Virus record (IMG/VR): IMGVR_UViG_3300014204_000179
Span: 5,325-69,324 of that record
From: a virus
Taxonomy: Duplodnaviria > Caudoviricetes
DNA: 64,000 nucleotides
Strand: one strand, 5' to 3'
The position numbers and the translations under genes were made by a program. This document shows positions 1 through 6,743 of the stretch, in pieces (within the stretch, counting starts at the first letter, position 1; each line of letters begins with the position of its first letter). Below the pieces are notes generated by a model. The model had not been told where the DNA came from. It did not search any database and saw only the letters and a program-made list of their open reading frames with translations.

Positions 1-22
1 TTCTGCCATATTATTTTCTTTA

Positions 23-1087
23 TTAACTTGCTATTATGCAATATGTTCCAGTTATTCTACTATCTGATCTTGCAATATAATATTCATTACTATAATTATT
101 TGCATTAACAAATGTCATAGTAAATAATGTACCTATAGAAAGATTTCCCCAAGCATTATTAGGTAAACCATTTACTGTAAATGATGGTGTTCCTAAAACT
201 GCAGGATATGCATAATAAAAAAATTCATTATTTAATGTATATGAAGTATTAAACGCTAAACTTGTACTAACAAATGATTGATTAGCAACACACATTAATG
301 CATCTACACCAATACAATTACCACAATAATATGCGAGATTATTAATAAAACAATATGCTTTATTTCTCCATAAAATTGATGCAGAAGTACTGCTTAATTC
401 ATTAGTTGTTGAAACAGCACTTAAACAATAATATGCTGTTGTTGAAGTACATGCAGATGCTGCCGGAACAGAACCACCAATAGAAGGATCAGCATATAAA
501 TATTCATTAAAAGTATATCCAATTGTTCCACCAGTACTAACATTTATTGTACCACCAGATAATAATGCTGTATCATAAATACCAGTACCATCAGTACTTA
601 TAATTATTCCACAAATATCGTTTGTGTTTTTAACTACACACCAACCTAAACAACCAAATGAAACATCACCAAATTGTCTAATACTTGCGCTTGTGCTACC
701 ACCACTATAATAATTAATAACACTTAAACTTGTTGATAATGGGATTGGTGGAACTAAAATACATTCAAGGATGCTTGTAATTGTACAACCAGTAATATTA
801 CTACCTGAAAGTAATCCACCAACAGTACATGTTGTAGGTGATGCACAATAATATCTACTTTCACCAGAAGTTGCCGATCCTTCTAAAGAAATTCTACCAC
901 CACGATAAGTTAAAACACTACCCGCAGTATTACCAGTAGCAATTATTGGAACAAATCCACCAATACCATTAGTCAAAGTTAAACCACTTGTTGTAGCAAT
1001 TCTGGTCTGACCAGATAATGTTAATAAACTGTCAGGTAATTGTTTAAAACTAATATCACTCAGGTCAGGTCTTGCAAAAAATCCCAT
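23..1087 (-). CDS. Hypothetical, probably virion-associated Ser/Thr/Gly/Cys-rich protein
   Basis: 354-aa ORF with composition typical of beta-rich phage structural proteins; no catalytic motif recognised. Confidence 0.6.
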   Translation of the reverse strand: MGFFARPDLSDISFKQLPDSLLTLSGQTRIATTSGLTLTNGIGGFVPIIATGNTAGSVLTYRGGRISLEGSATSGESRYYCASPTTCTVGGLLSGSNITGCTITSILECILVPPIPLSTSLSVINYYSGGSTSASIRQFGDVSFGCLGWCVVKNTNDICGIIISTDGTGIYDTALLSGGTINVSTGGTIGYTFNEYLYADPSIGGSVPAASACTSTTAYYCLSAVSTTNELSSTSASILWRNKAYCFINNLAYYCGNCIGVDALMCVANQSFVSTSLAFNTSYTLNNEFFYYAYPAVLGTPSFTVNGLPNNAWGNLSIGTLFTMTFVNANNYSNEYYIARSDSRITGTYCIIAS

Positions 1088-1098
1088 ATACTTAATTA

Positions 1099-2064
1099 TT
1101 AGACACTTATATTATTTTTTAATATTTCAGAAATATTATTTCTTTCAGTATATTTTATACGTAATAATATTAAATCATTATTTATTGCATATTCTGTTTT
1201 TATTTTATCATTTTGTTGAATTTTATTAAGTTTTAAATTACCACCAAAATGTTCAAATGCATAATAATGTTGAATACCATCATACTCTATTAACGTTTTT
1301 TTTTCAGGTAAATAAAAATCAAAATATAATTTATGTTTATTGTTTTTACAATTATCAAATCCTTTTTGATATTCAAAAATTATATGATTTTTTTTCAAAA
1401 ATTGAGTAATTTTTTCTTCACCCTTTGAATTATTACAAAATGGACAACCTTGACCACATAAATGTGAATTCGGTTTTTGTGAAAATTCACCATGTTTTTT
1501 ACAAAAAATTTTTATTTTTTTATGTGCATTAATATATTTTACAAATGAATAGTCATATACATTATTATGAACATTATTTGCCTTTTTAATAAATTCTTCT
1601 GTTGTTAATTTTTTACTTGGATGTGAACATTTGGGACAACAATGTCCGTTCAAGTGATCAGAAGCAATTTGTTCAAATATTCCATGTTCGAAACAAATAA
1701 TTTCTACTTTATTTCTACTACTACTATAATTTGTTATCGAATAATCATATTTATTGTTATGAATTTTATTTGCTTTATATTTAAAATTTTTATTTGCTTT
1801 TAATATTTTATCATTTCCTCTTTTTATAATTCCACATTTTGGACATCCTTGACCATTTAAATGTGAATTAGGCGTTTGTTTAAAATCACCATGAATATTA
1901 CAAGAAATTATTAATTTATCTAAACATTTACAATAAATCGATTTTGAATAATCATACTTATTTCTATGATATTTTTTTGCTCTTTCAATAAATTCTATTG
2001 TTGTTAAATTTCCCATAATTTTTATAATTATATAACCGTACCCCCAATTAGCAAATTCAAACAT
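1099..2064 (-). CDS. Putative homing endonuclease (CxxHGxF..GxGCPxC repeats plus C-terminal PD-(D/E)XK/Vsr-like domain)
   Basis: Three repeats of KYDYS...C..HG.F.Q....HL.G..CP.C followed by FDFYLPEKKTLIEYDGIQH. True start may be the second Met (about 2016). Confidence 0.8.
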   Translation of the reverse strand: MFEFANWGYGYIIIKIMGNLTTIEFIERAKKYHRNKYDYSKSIYCKCLDKLIISCNIHGDFKQTPNSHLNGQGCPKCGIIKRGNDKILKANKNFKYKANKIHNNKYDYSITNYSSSRNKVEIICFEHGIFEQIASDHLNGHCCPKCSHPSKKLTTEEFIKKANNVHNNVYDYSFVKYINAHKKIKIFCKKHGEFSQKPNSHLCGQGCPFCNNSKGEEKITQFLKKNHIIFEYQKGFDNCKNNKHKLYFDFYLPEKKTLIEYDGIQHYYAFEHFGGNLKLNKIQQNDKIKTEYAINNDLILLRIKYTERNNISEILKNNISV

Positions 2065-2136
2065 TTTAGTTTGAATTTATTTAATATAAATACAGAAAAA
2101 AATATATTAAATTTAATTATCTATACTATATATTAT

Positions 2137-2176
2137 AAAAAAACCCCGCAAATGCTGTTGCGGGGTTTTTATTTTT
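2137..2176. terminator. Intrinsic terminator ending the ARPP-1/vWA operon
   Basis: AAAAACCCCGCAA-atgctg-TTGCGGGGTTTTT: 13-bp stem with A/T tracts on both sides, just past the stop of 2188..3294. Confidence 0.85.
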
Positions 2177-2187
2177 TAATCTTTATA

Positions 2188-3294
2188 TTATAAAGTAAAC
2201 CTATTTTGTTTTTGTGCTTTACGTTTTAATTCATTTACATTACGATATGCTTCAGGATTAAAATTCTCCCTTTTTACTATTGAAACTAAGAAATTAAATT
2301 CATTTTGACAAATAACTTGACCAATATAATCATTATTCTCTGTCTTAAGAACATAACTTTTTGGTGCTCTACTTGTAGAAGAAGGATTACCTTCAACATC
2401 AATTGTTGCATCGAAAGTAAGATCAAGAACTTCCTGAATTTTTTCCTGAACATTTGCAGTCATCTTTTCTTTAGTTCTAATTAATGCTTTTTCAAGTAAA
2501 TCAACAATACTATCTTGATGATTTTTTTTAATTTCTTCATATGCCTGAGTAAATTCAGTGTTTGAAGTTTTCTGCTTCAATTCACTTATAATTGCAAGTG
2601 CACCATAACAGTCACGAATCATTAAATCCCAAACTTGTTCAGCATAAGTAAATGAAGGAAATTTATCAATTGCAACAATTTCACCATCAATTAATATAAC
2701 AACACCAATAAGGTTTTTGGGACGTTCAAAGTGAGCAATAAATTGTTCAAGTTTCTTATCATATTTTTCAAAATATACATTAAGATAACGACCAGTACCT
2801 GAATCGGTTTCACGACCTAATTTTTCAATAGCCGGATAAATTCTACCAAGATCAGATGGTTTTCCGATAGTATCAAATACCATTTCACGCATAGTTATCG
2901 GAAGCATACGAAATTCCTGAGTACCTCTAAATGTTCCACCCTGAGAACCTTGAACACAACCAGCATCATGGTAAGTAATGTTTGATTTACTTGCCATATA
3001 ACCTGCTTTGGTCATACCATGATTCTGAGCACTTTGTTTAGTAATTACCGCCATTTGTGTTGGTAAAATAATTTCCTTATCTTCTTTATTGGTAAAACTA
3101 ATCTGACCATATGTAGAATTACCAGCAACTAATGAAGTCAATGGATTAGCAAAACGTTCATCCATAGAATATTCTTTATCAGTCGTTAAACATACAACTT
3201 GCATATTTAATATGCTTTGTATTACTATGTTACCGTTTTTATCTTTAATTGGACGACAACCTTTTAATAGTTCAGTAAAATCTCTTGTATTCAT
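2188..3294 (-). CDS. ARPP-1 (DUF6569)-like protein
   Basis: Motifs AQNH...AGCVQGSQGG and GVVILIDGEIVAIDKFPS...VW..M.RDCYG resemble the ARPP-1/DUF6569 family (recognised from memory, needs HMM confirmation). Confidence 0.6.
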   Translation of the reverse strand: MNTRDFTELLKGCRPIKDKNGNIVIQSILNMQVVCLTTDKEYSMDERFANPLTSLVAGNSTYGQISFTNKEDKEIILPTQMAVITKQSAQNHGMTKAGYMASKSNITYHDAGCVQGSQGGTFRGTQEFRMLPITMREMVFDTIGKPSDLGRIYPAIEKLGRETDSGTGRYLNVYFEKYDKKLEQFIAHFERPKNLIGVVILIDGEIVAIDKFPSFTYAEQVWDLMIRDCYGALAIISELKQKTSNTEFTQAYEEIKKNHQDSIVDLLEKALIRTKEKMTANVQEKIQEVLDLTFDATIDVEGNPSSTSRAPKSYVLKTENNDYIGQVICQNEFNFLVSIVKRENFNPEAYRNVNELKRKAQKQNRFTL

Positions 3295-3710
3295 AATAAA
3301 TTAATTTTAATATTTATTTTTTCACATGCTAAATTATATACTTCAAACGCTAATTCTTCTGTTTCAAATCTACCTAAAAATTTTGTTTTATTACAAATTG
3401 TTATTCTTGATATCCAAGGTTTTTGAGAATTTTGTTTATCTTGCGATACACCAACATATTTACTACTACTTTTCATTCTTCTTCTCGCATGATGAGTATT
3501 CTCTCTTGAAGTACACCATTCCAAATTTAATAAAAAATTATTTTTTCTATTTCTATCCTTATGATTTACTTCATTTAAATTATTTAAATAAGGAATAAAA
3601 GCTTCAGCAACTAATCTATGTATAGTATGTGACTTATTTATATTATTTTTTGATAAAGTTACTAAAACATAACCTTCACTTATAAAAGTATTTTTCAATG
3701 AACCTTTCAA
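3291..3710 (-). CDS. HNH homing endonuclease with C-terminal AP2-like domain; NUMOD4 segment continues upstream in frame to about 3812
   Basis: IHRLVAEAF...EVNHKDRNRKNN...NLEWCTSREN (HNH) and SKYVGVS...W.SRI...K.KFLGRFETEE.A..VYN (AP2). The same frame upstream reads KNIVGYEGYYQISNFGRVRS (NUMOD4). Confidence 0.85.
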   Translation of the reverse strand: MKGSLKNTFISEGYVLVTLSKNNINKSHTIHRLVAEAFIPYLNNLNEVNHKDRNRKNNFLLNLEWCTSRENTHHARRRMKSSSKYVGVSQDKQNSQKPWISRITICNKTKFLGRFETEELAFEVYNLACEKINIKINLL

Positions 3711-3838
3711 TTTTCTATTAATACCATTAATATTAATTTCATTCCTATTTAAACTTCTTACCCTTCCAAAATTACTAATTTGATAATATCCTTCATATCC
3801 AACAATATTCTTAGATAGTTGAACATATTAATTAATTT

Positions 3839-5467
3839 TTAAACGTTAATACTAATTTTTTTTGACCTTTTAATTGGTATAGATTCAAGAACCAATACCT
3901 GATTTTCAAGCCACTTTTTGGTATCAATTTCAAGCAACCTTGCGTTAATCTGTGGTTGTAATGCTACTGGATTGTTAATTGCCATTGTAATAACCTTTGA
4001 ACCCAATTTTCTCACATTACCACCCATTTCAGCACTGGTAATTGGTGAAATTTGAAACATTGGAATATTTCTACCACTTTCTGCTGTCCAAATACCTATA
4101 ACTTCATTTGTTAATCCATCATAAGCATTTTCATAACCATCAGTTAAAATGAAAATTGCATCATATGGTTTTAAAGGATTTTCCCTTTTTAATAAATCAA
4201 TAAATGAAGTAGCTAAATCAGTAACTTCACCTTCAGTTCCGATTATAACACCTGTTTTTGTAGACTTCAAAAGAACTTTTGCTGTAAATTCTGCAATAGC
4301 TTTTGGGGTGTTTTTAGATTCTTGTTTATGACCAGTCATTGAATTACTATTATCAACAATAATACCAATATTTTGATAAAAGAATCCATCAATCTTCTTC
4401 TTTTCTGCAAGTTTATCAATTGCAGTTTTAATTTCATTAGTAAAACCATTTTCATAACCAGTTTTGTAAAGTGCTAAGAAATCAGTTGCCTTTTCCAAGT
4501 CAACATTTTTTTCAACACCTAACTTAGCTGTCGATTTTGTTTGACGTACCTGCTGGTTAATAGAAGTAACTTCAACATTTTTCCTAATTAAAGCTTTTGT
4601 TGTTTCTTTCTGAAGTTTTGTTGCCCACATTGAATGATATTGTGGATGTTTTACACTTGAAATTAAACCCAAAAGAACTTCTTCCGGTACAGTTTTAATT
4701 CCAGTAACATCTACTTTTGCTTTTTGATATTCACTCAAAAGAGGAAATTCTGTTACATCATAAGTGATATTATCATCCCTTTTGTAAATAAAAAGTAATA
4801 GTTTAAATGCTTTAATTGCATCACCATTAAAATACTTCAAAATTAATTCATTTGCAATATTTCCTTCCTTTTCATTACTAATTCCAGTAGGATATGTTAT
4901 CTGCTTACTTGCTATTGAAAGCAATACTGATGTCATTTTATTTCCATAAATATGTTTTAAAACCTGAGCAATCTTATTACGATATTTCATCGTATAAAAT
5001 TCAAGATTTGATTGACCCCAAATAAAACCAAGTGCAATCTTTCTTGATCTTTCATTATTTACTTTAGCACTTTTCAATCCCACAAATAAACGAAGAACAT
5101 ATGGAATACCATTTTCACCAAGATTATTTAATGCAGACAAAACTGCTTTATCACTTAATCCATTATCATACCAGTCAAGTGGATTAACAATATTACATGC
5201 TCCACCCCTTAAAGTACTTTTAAATTCATTAAGTAATACCTCTGAAATAAACAGACCTGTAGCACCTTTTTGATTTGCTACAATTAAAGGTAATTCTTTC
5301 GAAAGCATATACAAATTCCTAATTTGAGTTTGAATAGCTTTTGTTTGATCTTCTTTCTTATGGTAATAAGTAGCACTGCTCTTAGCACCACTTGCAACAG
5401 TTAAACCATCAATTAATGATTGTTTTACTATACTGAGCATTTTTTGTGTTAATACCAAATCTTTCAT
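3839..5467 (-). CDS. vWA-domain protein with ~360-aa helical N-terminal region (Ro60/TROVE-like architecture)
   Basis: C-terminal MIDAS motif IIVDNSNSM...TDLA...IFILTDGYEN. The 542-aa size and helical-N/vWA-C layout match Ro60/Rsr. The TROVE assignment is an inference. Confidence 0.65.
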   Translation of the reverse strand: MKDLVLTQKMLSIVKQSLIDGLTVASGAKSSATYYHKKEDQTKAIQTQIRNLYMLSKELPLIVANQKGATGLFISEVLLNEFKSTLRGGACNIVNPLDWYDNGLSDKAVLSALNNLGENGIPYVLRLFVGLKSAKVNNERSRKIALGFIWGQSNLEFYTMKYRNKIAQVLKHIYGNKMTSVLLSIASKQITYPTGISNEKEGNIANELILKYFNGDAIKAFKLLLFIYKRDDNITYDVTEFPLLSEYQKAKVDVTGIKTVPEEVLLGLISSVKHPQYHSMWATKLQKETTKALIRKNVEVTSINQQVRQTKSTAKLGVEKNVDLEKATDFLALYKTGYENGFTNEIKTAIDKLAEKKKIDGFFYQNIGIIVDNSNSMTGHKQESKNTPKAIAEFTAKVLLKSTKTGVIIGTEGEVTDLATSFIDLLKRENPLKPYDAIFILTDGYENAYDGLTNEVIGIWTAESGRNIPMFQISPITSAEMGGNVRKLGSKVITMAINNPVALQPQINARLLEIDTKKWLENQVLVLESIPIKRSKKISINV

Positions 5468-5538
5468 TATATAAAAATTTATTTAAATGGTTATTTAAAA
5501 TTTCACTTGGTAAATATATATAAAATTATCTAAATAAA

Positions 5539-5594
5539 AAATAAAATGGGCAGAGTAGGCATATTTCTATGCCTTGTCCCCACCCATTTTATTT
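5539..5594 (-). terminator. Long hairpin with GAAA tetraloop and U-rich tail between the RNA array and the vWA gene (terminator or processing site)
   Basis: Minus strand ATAAAATGGG-TGGGGACA-AGGCATA-GAAA-TATGCCT-ACTCTG-CCCATTTTAT, followed by TTTTTATTT. Confidence 0.6.
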
Positions 5595-5622
5595 AAGGAA
5601 TAACTTATCTTCTCAATAAAGA

Positions 5623-5693
5623 GAAGAAGTTCGACTGTATTGTTTAATAATTATTATATTTCAAATATTTACTGAAAACACAATCAGTTCTTC
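5623..5693 (-). ncRNA. Array unit A: conserved module closing an AT-rich loop (no tRNA part)
   Basis: 5' GAAGAACTGATTGTGTTTTCAGTA pairs with 3' ACAATACAGTCGAACTTCTTC (GAAGAA/TTCTTC and ATTGT/ACAAT). Confidence 0.7.
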
Positions 5694-5815
5694 CAAATAT
5701 TTTTGAAAAATATCACACTTCTGTGATTTAAAATCATTTTTAACCTACGAACTAAAAAGAACGTTTCAAATGTTAGGCGGTAATTTTTATATTCTGATAC
5801 CGACAGAAATAATGT

Positions 5816-5960
5816 TTGGGAACATTTTAAAAGTATTTTTTGTTATAAATGCAAGTTTAAGAGACTTGTGCCTTATCCAGCTTGGCTAATCGTTCAATTT
5901 TTGAAGAACAATATCGGATTCGAACCGATGAATTACTGTAAACACTTTTCGTTTTCCCAA
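5816..5960 (-). ncRNA. Array unit B: circularly permuted tRNA-Lys(CTT)-like RNA joined to the conserved module at the variable loop
   Basis: Order on minus strand: module 5' strand, T arm ATCGG-TTCGAAT-CCGAT, acceptor 3' ATTGTTC, 10-nt linker, acceptor 5' GAACGAT, TA, D arm GCC-AAGCTGGATAA-GGC, anticodon arm CAAGT-CTCTTAA-ACTTG, module 3' strand. Confidence 0.85.
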
Positions 5961-5964
5961 TTTG

Positions 5965-6098
5965 CGGGGAGAGTTGGAGTCGAACCAACATAAACTGTTT
6001 TCACACAATTATTTTACCTTTTTTACTGAAAACACCATTAGTTTTCCCATTTAAGGGAATATTGAGATAGTATTATTTTTCGATATTTCTATCTCCCC
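5965..6098 (-). ncRNA. Array unit C: tRNA-like RNA with the module inserted in place of the D-loop; degenerate 6-nt anticodon loop
   Basis: Acceptor GGGGAGA/TCTCCCC is perfect. T arm GTTGG-TTCGACT-CCAAC. Anticodon-like arm ATTGT-GTGAAA-ACAGT. Insert AATACTAT..TTCCC-ttaaat-GGGAA-AACTA-ATGGTGTT-TTCAGTA. Confidence 0.8.
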
Positions 6099-6128
6099 AT
6101 TTTAATATTTTAAAGAACTTTAAAAATT

Positions 6129-6205
6129 AGAAGAAGTTTGTTAGTTTTTGTTTTGTAATGATTCGATTTACCGTCAAATTTACTGAAAAAACTATCAGTT
6201 CTTCT
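6129..6205 (-). ncRNA. Array unit D: conserved module closing a short insert with a T-loop-like remnant
   Basis: AGAAGAACTGATAGTTTTTTCAGTA ... AAAAACTAACAAACTTCTTCT; core TAGTTTTT pairs 8/8 with AAAAACTA; the insert contains TCGAATC. Confidence 0.7.
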
Positions 6206-6212
6206 TTTTTAG

Positions 6213-6286
6213 TAGCGGGAGTGGGATTTGAACCCACGAACTTGTGGTTATGAGCCACACGAGATGACCATCTTCTCCATCCCGCA
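6213..6286 (-). tRNA. tRNA-Met (CAT), initiator-like 1:72 mismatch, CCA not encoded
   Basis: Full cloverleaf: TGCGGGA/TCCCGCT, D arm GAGA/TCTC, TGTGG-CTCATAA-CCACA, GTGGG-TTCAAAT-CCCAC. Confidence 0.9.
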
Positions 6287-6295
6287 ATATATTTT

Positions 6296-6423
6296 AAAAA
6301 GGATATTGTGTTTGTTGTGTTTGTTTAAGAATATGGGAATTGAACCCACGACATTCTGCTTACGAAGCGGATGCTCTACCAATTGAGCTAATTCATACTG
6401 AAACAACAATCAGTTTCCTTTTT
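6296..6423 (-). ncRNA. Array unit E: conserved module clamped around a complete tRNA-Thr(CGT)-like cloverleaf
   Basis: AAAAGGAAACTGATTGTTGTTTCAG precedes the tRNA and AAACACAACAAACACAATATCCTTTT follows it (AAAAGGA/TCCTTTT and TTGTTGT/ACAACAA). Confidence 0.8.
6325..6397 (-). tRNA. tRNA-Thr (CGT)-like cloverleaf embedded in unit E
   Basis: TATGAAT/ATTCTTA (one mismatch), GCTC-AATTGGTA-GAGC, TCCGC-TTCGTAA-GCAGA (one mismatch), GTGGG-TTCAATT-CCCAT; no CCA. Confidence 0.7.
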
Positions 6424-6425
6424 TG

Positions 6426-6560
6426 TGGGGAAGGTAGGAATCGAACCTACAATCAACTGTTCTAAAGACAATTTGCTGTACCTTTTACTGAAATCACAAT
6501 CAGTTCTCCAGCAGGAGTATGACGATTATAATCTTGTTTTTTATATTTGCATACTTCCCC
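6426..6560 (-). ncRNA. Array unit F: tRNA-like RNA with the module inserted in the D-loop; anticodon position reads TTA
   Basis: Acceptor GGGGAAG/CTTCCCC, D-stem TGC/GCA around a long insert ending GGTACAGCA, ATTGT-CTTTAGA-ACAGT, T arm GTAGG-TTCGATT-CCTAC. Confidence 0.8.
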
Positions 6561-6612
6561 ATTAATTTACTTCACAATAAGTGAAAGAACTTTTTTTATT
6601 ATAAAGACGATG

Positions 6613-6643
6613 CAAATGTATTTTAAAAAAATTTACTATGCAA
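6613..6643 (-). promoter_or_regulatory. Bacteroidota housekeeping-sigma promoter driving the RNA array
   Basis: Minus strand TTG (6643-6641), 20-nt spacer, TACATTTG(CA) (6620-6613); matches the TTG-N19..21-TAnnTTTG consensus. Confidence 0.75.
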
Positions 6644-6689
6644 GCTTTTTTTAATATATTTTAAAATATATTTTTGAACGTCTGAAAAA

Positions 6690-6697
6690 ATAAATAC
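6690..6697 (-). promoter_or_regulatory. GTATTTAT putative late-promoter motif upstream of the RNA array
   Basis: Same octamer as found upstream of many structural genes in this window. Confidence 0.45.
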
Positions 6698-6743
6698 TAT
6701 CAAGTTTTAAAAAAGACTGAATTTCAAAATTTTTTTTATTATT

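Noticed and set aside
5551-5582. Internal loop AAGG/CUACU resembling the 16S h21 S8-binding site
   Set aside because: The match is only a few nucleotides, the flanking pair does not fit, and an equally good alternative pairing exists. Retained only as a terminator-like hairpin.
5627-5640. GTCGAA in unit A as the classical bacterial Y RNA Ro-binding motif
   Set aside because: It is present in only one of six units, lies on the 3' strand, and lacks the following G of the motif as I recall it. The handle appears to be a different motif.
5700-5810. Small hairpins in the spacer between units A and B as a seventh RNA unit
   Set aside because: There is no handle motif, no T-loop, and the 7-nt loop lacks U33. 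The stems are short enough to be chance.
5623-6560. Repeated ~24-nt motif read as a CRISPR array
   Set aside because: The repeats are degenerate, spacing is irregular, the spacers are tRNA parts that pair with the repeats, and there are no cas genes in the window.
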